64,000 nucleotides of DNA from an uncultured Chloroflexia bacterium (GCA_963833225.1 CAWHXD010000007.1:352001-416000); one strand, 5' to 3'. Counted from the stretch's first letter, positions 18,585 through 28,065 are shown. Program-made: numbers and translations. The notes: generated from the letters alone by a model not told the origin.

Positions 18585-21500
18585 GTGGCCATTCCGCCCT
18601 ACGCCGAGCTGCACTGTCACAGCCATTTCTCGTTCCTCGACGGTGCCTCGGCGCCGGACGACCTCGTCTCGCGTGCCGTGGAGCTGGGGCTGGCGGGGCT
18701 TGCGATCACGGACCACCAGGGGTTGTATGGCGCGGTCCGGTTCTCCGTCGCCGCCGAGGCGGCCGGGCTGCATCCGGTCATCGGGGTCGAGATCGAGCTG
18801 ATCGATGCGGCCGCGCCGGACCCGGGCGGCATCGTGGTCCCCGCACGCCGCGCGTGGAAGCCCGGGAGGCGACCGCCGACCGTCGCGGAGCCGCCCCGCA
18901 TCGTCGAGGGCGTTCCCGCGCGTCCCCGTCCGGAGCGGGCCCGGTTGCCGGGGCACCGGGAGATCCGCAAGGAGGACCACCGCGGGATCGGGGAGCCGCA
19001 GCGCGGTCCGCACCTCGTGCTGCTGGCCCGCGACGCCACCGGCTGGCGGAGCCTGTGCCGGATGGTCTCGCGGGCGAACCTCGCGGGCACCAAGGCGGTG
19101 CCCAGGTTCACCCAGGCGCTGCTCGCGGAGCACGCGGAGGGGCTCATCGCCCTGTCGGGGTGCCGGCACGGCGAGCTGGCGCGGCGACTGCGGGCCGGGG
19201 ACCGCGAGGGAGCGGGGGTGGTGGCCCGGCGGTACGCGGCGCTGTTCGGGTCGACCGGTCGGGCGTCGAGCCCGGGGACTGGCCGGGGTCCGGCCGCGTC
19301 GAGCGGGTTCCTTCTCGAGCTGCAGCACCATCTCCTGCCCGACGACGACTGGCTCGTGGCCGAGACCGCGCGGCTCGCCTCGGAGCTGGGGCTGCCGGTC
19401 GTGGTCACGAACGATGTCCATTACGCGATCCCCGAGGGCCGTGAGCTCCAGGACGTCGTGACGGCGATCCGGCACGGCCGGTCGCTCGCCGAGCTCGGCG
19501 ACCTGCGCCGGCCGGATGGAGAGTCGTTCCTCAAGGGGGCCGCGGATCTGCTGGCCCTGCCACCGGGGGAGCCGGCTTCCGCCAGGTCGGACCCGGTGCT
19601 CGCCCGTGCGTGGCGCGAGGGCATCTCCACGACCGCGGAGGTCGCAACCGCCTGCCACGTCGAGCTCGCCTTCGAGCGCTATCGCTTTCCCGGCTTCACC
19701 GTCCCGAAAGGCCAGACGCCGTTCAGCCACCTCTCCGAGCTGTGCTGGGAGGGCGCGCGGCGCCGGTATCACCCGCTCACGCCCGCCGTCGTCAAGCAGC
19801 TTGCGCACGAGCTCGACGTCATCGAGAAGGCCGGGCTCGCGGAGTTCTTCCTCATCTGCTGGGACCTGATGCGCTTCGCGAAGTCGCGCGGGATCCCAGC
19901 GCAGGGACGGGGAAGCGCGGCGGATTCGATCGTCGCATACGTCCTGGGCATCACCCGCGTGGATCCGATCCGGCATGAGCTCCTGTTCGAGCGGTTCATC
20001 AACGAGGGCCGGACCGCGTACCCGGACGTGGACATCGACTTCAGCTCGGAACGGCGGGAAGAGGTGATCCAGTACGTGTATGAGCGATACGGGACCGAGC
20101 ACACGGGGATGGTCTGCAACCTCGTCACCTACCGGGCGCGTTCGGCGGTACGCGAGGTGGGGTACGCGCTGGGGTTTCCACGCCCGCTGGTGGACCGGGT
20201 GGCGAAGGCGCTCGAGACGTACGACTCGGTGATGGTCCGGCGAGACCTGGAGGCCGAGGGCGGGTTCGCGCAATTCTTCGCTCGGCCGGACGAGGCGGCG
20301 ACGGACGCGAGGGGGTCGGCCATGGCGGTGCCGGACGCGGTGCGTGGCTCCCGCCGGCTGGTGGCCGAGATGGCAGTTGCGGGCGCGGCGGCGATGACGG
20401 GAGAGCGCGGGCTCACGGACGCGATGGGGCAGCTCAACCACGAGCGCGGAGGGCGGGCGGACACCGGTACGTGGGATGGCGCTCCGGGATCCGCGCCCTC
20501 GATCCGGCCCGGCGGCCTCGGCGACGACGAGGGCGGCCCGGGCGACTCGCCGGCGAGCGTGGCCTGGCTTCGGGGCGGCCGCGGGACCGGGGCTGCGAGC
20601 AGCGTCGCCCGCATCGAGCCCGCGCCCGCGACCGACCCGGCACGGCACCGGGGCTCCGTTGCGCGCCTCTCGGACTGGGAACGCTGGCTGGAGCTGTGCG
20701 CCCGCATCGACGGCTTCCCCCGACACCTGTCCATCCATACCGGCGGCATGCTCGTGACCGCGGCGCCGCTCATCGACATCGTGCCGCTCGAGCGGGCGAC
20801 GATGAAGGACCGCGTCGTCGTCCAGTACGACAAGCGCGACGTCGAGACGATGAAGCTGATCAAGCTCGACCTGCTGGGCCTGGGGATGCTGGCCGCCATC
20901 GACGAGACGGTGCAGCTGATCGAGCACGACTGCGCTGTCTGCCTCGACCTCGACCGGATCCCGGAGGAGATCCCGGAGGTGTTCGAGATGCTCCAGGCTG
21001 CGGACACGGTGGGCGTGTTCCAGGTCGAGAGCCGGGCGCAGATGCAGACGCTGCCAAAGTCGAGGCCCCAGAGTCTCGACGACCTGGTGGTGGAGGTCGC
21101 GATCATCCGCCCGGGTCCCATCCAGGGCAACGCGGTCCATCCCTACCTGCGGCGCAAGCAGGGCCTGGAGCCGGTCACCTACCTCCACCCGAGCCTGGAG
21201 CCGATCCTCCACGACACGCTCGGCGTGATCCTCTACCAGGAGCAGGTGATGAAGATCGCGATCGACGTGGCGGGCTTCACGCCGGCGGGCTCGGACGCCT
21301 TCCGGCGGGCGATGGGCACGTATCGCAGCGAGCGCGAGATGGAGAAGCTCCACGTGGAGTTCGTCACTGGCTGCGAGCGGATCCAGGGCATGCCCCGCGA
21401 CGATGCCGAGGAGCTGTTCCGTCGCTGCGCCGCGTTCGCCAGCTTCGGCTTTGCCAAGAGCCATGCTGCGGCGTTTGCCCGGACCGCCTACGAGTCGAGC

Positions 21501-22646
21501 TTTCTCAAGCTGTTCTACCCGGCCCAGTTCGTGACCGGCCTCATCAACGCCCAGCCGATGGGCTTCTACCCGGTGGAGGTTCTGGTCAACGACGCCAAGC
21601 GCCATGGTGTCGCGGTCCTCCCGGTGGACGTCAATCGGTCCAGCTACCGGACGACGACCGAGTGGGTGGGCCGGCCGGGCTGGGCGCTGGCCGGGGCCGC
21701 CGGCGACGACGGCTCACTTGATGCCGATGAGGGCGAGCCCCTGCCCGACGGGTGCGGCATCGACCGCCGGCCTGCCCCCGTACGCTCGCGTGCGTGCGTG
21801 GTCCCCGGTGCGACCTCGCGTGAGCGGTGGGCAGCGGAATCGATGACCGGCTGGGGTGTCCGGCTCGGGCTCCACCTGGTCAAGGGGATCGGCGAGGAGC
21901 AGCAGCCGCGCCTGGATGCCGAGCTGGCCCGGGGCCCATACACCAGCCTGGCGGACGTCGTGGAGCGGACCGGCTTGGCCGAGGAGGTCGTGGAGCGGCT
22001 GATCCGCGCGGGGGGGCTTGACTCGCTTGGCCGGCCGCGCCGCGAGCTGCTGTGGCAGCTACGCGAGGTGGCGGGAGCTTCCAAAGGACGGGCCGGAGGC
22101 AGGGCACGCGGCACGAAGGGGGTCATTCGGGCGGCGGGACGACCGCTGGGTCTGCGGCTGCCCGCGACCGAGGCGCCGGTGCTGCCGGCGCTCACCGAGC
22201 CGGAGCGGCTGGGCGACGCCTATGCCGTGGTGGGGCTGGACGCCCGGCTCCAGGCGGTCGCGCTGTTCCGGGGTGCGCTGGAGCGCCTGGGGGCCATGCC
22301 GAACGCGGCGCTGGCGGGGATGGGCCCGGGTCCGGTGCGTCTCGGTGGCCTGGTGGTCACCCGCCAGCATCCGATGACGGCACGTGGGACGGTGTTCCTT
22401 GCGCTCGAGGACGAGACCGGCATGGTCAACGTGACCCTCTGGCCGGATACCTGGCAGCGGCTGCGGTCGGTCGTGCGCCGGCACGCGCTGCTGCTGGTCG
22501 AAGGCGATCTCCAGCGCGAGGGTGAGGTCGTGAACGTCATCGCTCACGATGTCCGCCCACTGGTGGAGGTCGCGTCGACGGCCGGCGGCCCCGACTCGCC
22601 CGCCGGGGTGCGGCAGATGGGTCAGGCGGGGATGCGGCGACTCTAG
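18585..22646 (+). CDS. dnaE2: Error-prone DNA polymerase III alpha (DnaE2/ImuC)
   Basis: YAELHCHS.FSFLDG, GRGSAA.S, LLFERF, PDVDIDF, FPRHLSIH.GG, KLDLLGLGML, FQVESRAQM, INAQPMGFY, OB-fold RQHP.TA.G..F.ALEDETG. Confidence 0.95.
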   Translation: MAIPPYAELHCHSHFSFLDGASAPDDLVSRAVELGLAGLAITDHQGLYGAVRFSVAAEAAGLHPVIGVEIELIDAAAPDPGGIVVPARRAWKPGRRPPTVAEPPRIVEGVPARPRPERARLPGHREIRKEDHRGIGEPQRGPHLVLLARDATGWRSLCRMVSRANLAGTKAVPRFTQALLAEHAEGLIALSGCRHGELARRLRAGDREGAGVVARRYAALFGSTGRASSPGTGRGPAASSGFLLELQHHLLPDDDWLVAETARLASELGLPVVVTNDVHYAIPEGRELQDVVTAIRHGRSLAELGDLRRPDGESFLKGAADLLALPPGEPASARSDPVLARAWREGISTTAEVATACHVELAFERYRFPGFTVPKGQTPFSHLSELCWEGARRRYHPLTPAVVKQLAHELDVIEKAGLAEFFLICWDLMRFAKSRGIPAQGRGSAADSIVAYVLGITRVDPIRHELLFERFINEGRTAYPDVDIDFSSERREEVIQYVYERYGTEHTGMVCNLVTYRARSAVREVGYALGFPRPLVDRVAKALETYDSVMVRRDLEAEGGFAQFFARPDEAATDARGSAMAVPDAVRGSRRLVAEMAVAGAAAMTGERGLTDAMGQLNHERGGRADTGTWDGAPGSAPSIRPGGLGDDEGGPGDSPASVAWLRGGRGTGAASSVARIEPAPATDPARHRGSVARLSDWERWLELCARIDGFPRHLSIHTGGMLVTAAPLIDIVPLERATMKDRVVVQYDKRDVETMKLIKLDLLGLGMLAAIDETVQLIEHDCAVCLDLDRIPEEIPEVFEMLQAADTVGVFQVESRAQMQTLPKSRPQSLDDLVVEVAIIRPGPIQGNAVHPYLRRKQGLEPVTYLHPSLEPILHDTLGVILYQEQVMKIAIDVAGFTPAGSDAFRRAMGTYRSEREMEKLHVEFVTGCERIQGMPRDDAEELFRRCAAFASFGFAKSHAAAFARTAYESSFLKLFYPAQFVTGLINAQPMGFYPVEVLVNDAKRHGVAVLPVDVNRSSYRTTTEWVGRPGWALAGAAGDDGSLDADEGEPLPDGCGIDRRPAPVRSRACVVPGATSRERWAAESMTGWGVRLGLHLVKGIGEEQQPRLDAELARGPYTSLADVVERTGLAEEVVERLIRAGGLDSLGRPRRELLWQLREVAGASKGRAGGRARGTKGVIRAAGRPLGLRLPATEAPVLPALTEPERLGDAYAVVGLDARLQAVALFRGALERLGAMPNAALAGMGPGPVRLGGLVVTRQHPMTARGTVFLALEDETGMVNVTLWPDTWQRLRSVVRRHALLLVEGDLQREGEVVNVIAHDVRPLVEVASTAGGPDSPAGVRQMGQAGMRRL

Positions 22647-22711
22647 TGCGCGGTGGCTCGAGACGCGGCACCCGGGCCAGCGGCTACCCCTGGGGCAACG
22701 CGGGGAGGACG

Positions 22712-22832
22712 AGGAAAGGGCGACAGCAGCGGGAGGAGGAGGGCCACTGTCGCCCGACATCGGCTCGCCGCGGAGGCGGCGACCCCGGTCCGGCCCGAGC
22801 TTCCGTTGCGGGGCCGCCGACTCCGAGGCGAG
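22712..22832 (-). ncRNA. Candidate structured small RNA with an anti-SD (CCUCCUCCC) terminal loop
   Basis: Long hairpin 22764-22832 plus a 13-bp hairpin 22718-22755 with loop CCUCCUCCUCCC and a UUU tail; three G-U pairs form only on the minus strand. Confidence 0.45.
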
Positions 22833-22902
22833 ACGTGTCTACACCACTCTTCGGGGATCGGCGGCGGATGGATTGCGTCGCGGCAGGACGGCCGCCAAGA
22901 GA

Positions 22903-23637
22903 TCAGCGGCGAACGGGCTTCATGTCGCCGCGACCTTTCGCGTCGCGCTGGCGCTGGGCGGCACGGTTCGGGTTCGACAGGTCCAGGAACCGGCGGTACC
23001 AGGCGGCTGCCGACGCGAACAGCGCGGCACCGAGCGGCGACCACGCGGCATGGCCAACGAGCACCGCGTCAGCCGGCCCGTTGCCGGTCAGGAGCCGACC
23101 CGCCGGCAGCTGCAGGATCACCACCGCCACCAACGCGACGACGATGCCGTAGACCAGTCCGCCGAGCCAGCTGGCACGCTTGGCGGCGAACCCGATCAGG
23201 AAAGCGCCAATCGCGGGCGGTGGCTGCATGGCCATCGTGGCCACGAAGTACGGGATGCTGTTGCCCGCGACGACCTTCTCGAGCTCGCTGACGGGGGCAG
23301 TCGTCGCCACGGCCGCCATCGCGTCGTTGTAGGCGATGACAAACCAGCCGGCCGCGACCACGGTGAGGGCGACGGCGGCCAGGAAGCCCCAGTTCGTCAC
23401 GACCTTGGGGAGCATGAGCAGGTCGCCGCGGATGTCGAGCGGGCGGACGGCCCCCCGGAACGCGGCGGTGATGCTCGGGCGCTGCATCGGGGCGGCGGGG
23501 GTGGCCGCCTTCGAGCTCGACCTCGCCGAGGACGTCGACGCGGGCTCGGACGTCGACTCGGACTCGTTCGACCCGCTCACCGCCGCACGATAACGGCGGC
23601 GGGCCTCGGTGCGATCGGTGCGCTTGGCGCGGGCCAC
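22903..23637 (-). CDS. Hypothetical integral membrane protein
   Basis: GTG start with GGAGGAG RBS; basic N-terminus, about 4 TM helices. Confidence 0.7.
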   Translation of the reverse strand: MARAKRTDRTEARRRYRAAVSGSNESESTSEPASTSSARSSSKAATPAAPMQRPSITAAFRGAVRPLDIRGDLLMLPKVVTNWGFLAAVALTVVAAGWFVIAYNDAMAAVATTAPVSELEKVVAGNSIPYFVATMAMQPPPAIGAFLIGFAAKRASWLGGLVYGIVVALVAVVILQLPAGRLLTGNGPADAVLVGHAAWSPLGAALFASAAAWYRRFLDLSNPNRAAQRQRDAKGRGDMKPVRR

Positions 23638-23797
23638 GAGCTCCTCCTGTCGGACACGAACCGCGGGATCCGTTTCGGGCGCGGGAAGAGCATGGTACCG
23701 GCTCGCCGCCGGAGGGGAGTTGAGTCCGGCATAAGTGAGCCGGCGTAGGGTGGGCACTCACCAGCCCCGCCGTCGATGTCCCGCCCGGAGGTCCTCG

Positions 23798-26751
23798 ATG
23801 GCTCGTGCCCGGCTTGCGGCATACGCCGCGCTCATGGTTGGCCTGCTGTGCGCCACTGCCGGCTGGCTTCCGCCCAGCCCCTCGTTCCAGGTTGAGCCGG
23901 CCGCAGCCGTCGGGTGGCCTCCGTCCACGGGGCTGGTGGTCGCCGAGGTGGTGACGGGCGGCGCCTCGGCATCGGACGAGTTCGTGGAGCTGGCGAACAT
24001 CGGCACCGCGCCGATCGACCTCGCCGGTCTCGAGGTGGCGTACGTCACGAGCTCGGGGGCAACGGTGACGCGCAAGGCGTCGTGGACGACGTCCCTGGTC
24101 GTGCCGCCGGGCCGGCACGTGCTTCTTGCCAACGCGCTGGGCGTCCACGCGAGCGTCGCGGACGCAACGTACAGCGGGGGTCTGTCCGCGACGGGCGGGG
24201 TGGTCGTGCTCCGTCCGGCGGGCGGCACGCCGCTCGACGCCGTTGGCTGGGGCAGCGCCGTGAACGAATTCGTCGAGGGTAACGCCGCAGCCGCTCCGCC
24301 GGCCGGGCAGTCCATCGAGCGCACCGTCGACACGAACGACAATGCCGCGGACTTCACCCTCGACCCGTCGCCGGTGGCCCAGGGGCTGGCGTGGGAGCCC
24401 ACGCCGACGCCCACGCCGACCCACGCCCACGCCCACGCCCACCCCGACCCCGACGCCGACGCCCACGCCCGACGCCCACGCCCACGCCGGCGCCCACGCC
24501 CACGCCCACGCCGACGCCCACGCCCACGCCGACCCCCACCCCCACGCCGACGCCACGCCCACGCCGACACGCCGACGCCCACGCCCACGCCGACGGCCAC
24601 GCCCACGCCGCACGCCCACGCCCACGCCGACGGCCACGCCCACGCCGACCCCCACCCCCACGCCGACGCCCACCCCCACGCCGACCCCCACCCCCACGCC
24701 GACGCCGACCCCCACGCCCACCCGACCCCCACGCCGACACCGACGCCGACCCCCCACGCCGACCCGACCCCCACGCCGACCCCGACCCCCACGCCCGTCC
24801 CAACCCTCACTCCGGCACCCACAACGACCCCCACGCCCACCGCCTCGCCGGTGTCCGTCGGCGCGGCCCGGCAAGTCGCCGTGGGAGGCAAGGTGGCCGT
24901 CCGGGGCGTCGTGACAGCCGAGGCGGGTCGGCTTGGGACGCCGCCGCTGCTGGCCATCGGCGACGACACCGGCGGCCTGCCCGTGAAGCTCGCCGACGGG
25001 ATGTCCGCCCCTGCCCGCGGCACGCTGGTCGAGCTGTGGGGCACGATCGCCGATCCGTTCGGCCAGACCGAGCTGCGTCTCGTGAGCGACGGGCTGACGG
25101 TGATCGGCCCCGCGGTGATCCCCACGCCGCTCGCCATCGCCGCCGGGGACCCGGGTGAGGCGCTCGAGGGCCGCCTGGCGGTCGTGACCGGCACGATCTC
25201 CGCCGGGGTGACCAAGGCCACCAGCGGCGACATCACGTTCACGATCCAGGGTTCGGACGGGGCGTCGCTGCGAATCAGGGCCGATGCGTCGGCCGATCTC
25301 GACACCTCCCTCCTGCGCAAGGGCACCGCCGTGTCGCTCACCGGGATCATCGGCCAGCGCGCCTCCCGGAAGGGCGCGCTGGACGGCTACCGGCTCTGGG
25401 TGCGGGACCGTGCGGATGTGGTCATCGTCGCCGCGCCCACCCCGTCATCCGACCCCGACCCCGTCACCGATGCCCGGCGCTTCGGCATCGCCGGGATCCA
25501 CCCAGCTGCTGTCGATCGCGAAGGCCCGCCTGCGGCAGGGAGAACGGGTCACGGTCGAAGGGATCATCACCGTCGACCGGACGCTCCTCGATGCGTCGGG
25601 CCGACGGACGATCGCCGAGGACAGGACCGCCGCCGTCGAGCTCTACCTCGCATCCGCGGATCCCGCGATCAGCACCGGTGTCCGGGTCCGCGTCACGGGC
25701 ACGATGGGGACCGCGTGGGGCGCACCCCGTCTCCGCGTGGACGCCATCCGGGTGCTCGGTCGCGGAACGCCGTCGGCGACGAGGCTCAAGGGTCAGCCCG
25801 GGGCCGCGGTTGAGTGGCGGCTGGTGGAGGTGCACGGAACCCTGGCCGACGTCCACCGATCCGGTGACCGCTGGACGGCCGACCTTGTGGACGGATCCAG
25901 GCGCATCGCCCTGACGGGGCTCGCGGGCAGTGGCATTCCCGGCGACCGGCTCGTCGAGGGCCGGAGGGCGACCGTGACCGGGATCGTGAAGCGGGCCTAC
26001 CCAACGGCGACGGACCAGCGGTTCTCGGTCGTGCCGCGCTCGACGCGGGACGTGGTGGTCGCGGGCGCGGCAGGCAGGCCCGTCGCGGAAGGCGAGTCGC
26101 GTCTCGGCTCCGTGCCGCCCGGCGATCCGACGCCGGATGGCGCAGACATGCCGGGAGCGGTGCTCGACATTGCCCTCGCCGATCTTGCGGCCAACGTCGG
26201 GCAGGTGGTTCGCGTCGGAGGCATGGTCACCTCGGTCGGGTCCGGGACGGTGCGCCTCGAGGACGGCACCGCGACGGCCACGCTTGTCCTCGAGGGCGCG
26301 GCCTCCGACGTCGCGACGCTCATTCGGCCGGGTGACACGCTCAACGCAACGGGAACGCCTGACGATCGCGACGAGATCGTCCTCGTCGTCACGGACCCGG
26401 CCGACGTGGTCCTGCTCGGTGATCCCGGCGGCAACGACACGGTGGCGGCGGACGGCCCGCTGGTCCCGGCAGCCTCGCCCGCGACGAGCCGATGGGGAGG
26501 TCCGAGCCGTGGTCGGTGCCGATGCCGCTGCGGCTCTCGCCCGGGGCATCGGCGACCGGCCGCCGGGTGCCGCGCTGCTGGCCCTGGCCACGCTGCTGCT
26601 GACCGCACTGCTCGCGACCGGCCTCGCGGCATACCGCATCGCCCGATCCCGGCGTGCGACCCGGGCGAGGATCGAGGCCCGCCTCGCTGCCATCGGGCCG
26701 CCGCCGGACAGGGTGCCGGCGCCGCCGTCCGGCACGCCGGCGGGGGCCTGA
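23798..26751 (+). CDS. Secreted, C-terminally anchored lamin-tail-domain protein with Pro-Thr linker and several OB-fold-like domains (frameshifted near 25448, near 26490 and within the repeat)
   Basis: GGAGG RBS, signal peptide, LTD motif (V.EV......SDEFVELAN...IDLAG...DAVGWG...SIER..DT.DN..DF), OB-like segments (V.V.G.VT, V.LTGI.G...Y.L..R...D), C-terminal TM helix followed by basic residues. Confidence 0.65.
24398..24843 (+). repeat. Degenerate 6-bp tandem repeat (CCCACG/CCGACG/CCGACC) encoding a Pro-Thr linker
   Basis: About 450 bp of hexamer repeats; reading alternates between PTPT, HAHA and RPRP frames because of indels. Confidence 0.95.
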
Positions 26752-26866
26752 GCCAGGGCTCAATGGGGGCCTGAACGGGACCGGAATCGGGCCGTCAGCT
26801 CACGCTGCGGGGCTCCCGCCGAGCCCCGAACGGGACTGAGCTCGGCGCCGAACGAGGCAAGCACGC

Positions 26867-26896
26867 TTGACGCTCATGGAATCACGCCCCTATTCT
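26867..26896 (+). promoter_or_regulatory. Sigma70-type promoter for the nucleoside phosphorylase
   Basis: TTGACG, 18 bp, TATTCT. Confidence 0.55.
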
Positions 26897-26921
26897 CGGT
26901 CGAACCTCACGCCGTTCGAGC

Positions 26922-27791
26922 GTGGGTGAACAGGGGAGCGAGCTTTTGCCGAACGCGGACATACGCGTCGCGGTCCCTTCCGGCGAACGGCAGTACCACA
27001 TCGGGCTTGGTCCGGGTGAGCTTGCCGATTACATCCTCCTCCCCGGCGACCAGGATCGTGTCGAGCGAGTCGCGTCGCGCTTCGACTCCGTCGAGCGCAC
27101 CCATCGTCACCGCGAGTTCGCGAGCGCGACCGGCATCTACAAGGGCCTGCGGGTCTCGTGCGTGTCCACCGGGATCGGGACGGACAACGTCGAGATCGTG
27201 ATCAGCGAGATCCTGGCCCTCGTCCAGCGTCCCACCTTCATCCGCATCGGCTCCTGCGGCGCTCTCCAGCCCGGCATGGAGCTCGGCGACCTCGTGATCT
27301 CGACGGGCTCCGTCCGGCTCGAGACGACGACCAACTGGTTCGTCCACGAGGGCTACCCGGCACTCGCCCACCACGAGGCGATCCTCGCCCTGGTGGAGGC
27401 GGCGGAGGGGCTCGGGCTGCGCTACCACACGGGGATCACGGCAACTGCGCCCGGCTTCTACGGTGCGCAGGGTCGCCCGATCCCGCAGCTTCCCATCCGC
27501 TACCCTGACTTCGCGGATGAGATGACCCGACAGGGGATTCTCAACTTCGAGATGGAAGCCTCGGCGGTGCTCGTGCTTGCCGGGCTCGGTGGCTGTCGTG
27601 CCGGCGTCGTGTGCGCCGTCTACGCCAATCGCCGCACCGGGGAGTTCGTCGAAGGCGACATCAAGGACAGGGCGGAAGCCGCAGCGATGGACACGGGGCT
27701 CGAGAGCCTTCGCATCCTCGCTGAGCTCGACCGCCAGACAGCATCGGCCGGAGCGACGCGATGGCGCCCGTCGCTCTGGGCTCCGACATGA
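26922..27791 (+). CDS. udp: Uridine phosphorylase-like nucleoside phosphorylase
   Basis: QYHI, LLPGD..RV, HREF, STGIG, IRIGSCG, FY..QGR, NFEME. Confidence 0.85.
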   Translation: MGEQGSELLPNADIRVAVPSGERQYHIGLGPGELADYILLPGDQDRVERVASRFDSVERTHRHREFASATGIYKGLRVSCVSTGIGTDNVEIVISEILALVQRPTFIRIGSCGALQPGMELGDLVISTGSVRLETTTNWFVHEGYPALAHHEAILALVEAAEGLGLRYHTGITATAPGFYGAQGRPIPQLPIRYPDFADEMTRQGILNFEMEASAVLVLAGLGGCRAGVVCAVYANRRTGEFVEGDIKDRAEAAAMDTGLESLRILAELDRQTASAGATRWRPSLWAPT

Positions 27792-27867
27792 GCGCCATGA
27801 CCAAGCGGATGCCCGGATGCGAGAGGCGTGCTCTCGTGACGCGGCTCTCGTGAGGAGGAGCGACCCC

Positions 27868-28008
27868 ATGGCAACGGCCTACTGCGTCAAGGACAAGAAG
27901 AAGGTCGAAGTCCAGAACCCGCAGCAGATCACGATGAAGAACGGCAAGCCGGCGCTCCAGGGCATCTGCCCTGAGTGCGGCGGCAAGGTGTTCAAGATCG
28001 GCGGCTGA
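27868..28008 (+). CDS. DUF5679-like small basic zinc-ribbon protein (46 aa)
   Basis: MATAYCVKDKKKVEVQNPQQITMKNGKPALQGICPECGGKVFKIGG; strong GAGGAGGAG RBS; own terminator. Confidence 0.8.
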   Translation: MATAYCVKDKKKVEVQNPQQITMKNGKPALQGICPECGGKVFKIGG

Positions 28009-28032
28009 CCGCCACATCGTTCGCGATGACCG

Positions 28033-28065
28033 TGAGCCCCCTCCGGCCCAGCCGGCGGGGGCTCA
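28033..28065 (+). terminator. Hairpin terminator after the DUF5679-like gene
   Basis: TGAGCCCCC.CCGGC/GCCGG.GGGGGCTCA followed by TT. Confidence 0.65.

Noticed and set aside
20280-20660. Possible intein in DnaE2
   Set aside because: No Cys/Ser start block, no His-Asn plus nucleophile end, no LAGLIDADG motif.
18291-21605. Very long antisense or alternative-frame ORFs (also 35979-38555, 51328-54033, 53541-57281, 57555-59813, 61803-63797)
   Set aside because: Shadow ORFs expected opposite real genes at this GC content; no recognisable motifs.
22764-22832. Long hairpin as SRP RNA or 6S RNA
   Set aside because: Lacks the SRP domain IV CAGG/GNRA/AGCA motif and is too short for 6S; kept only as an unclassified sRNA candidate.
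24398-24843. Possible CRISPR array
   Set aside because: 6-bp coding tandem repeat with no unique spacers and no cas genes.
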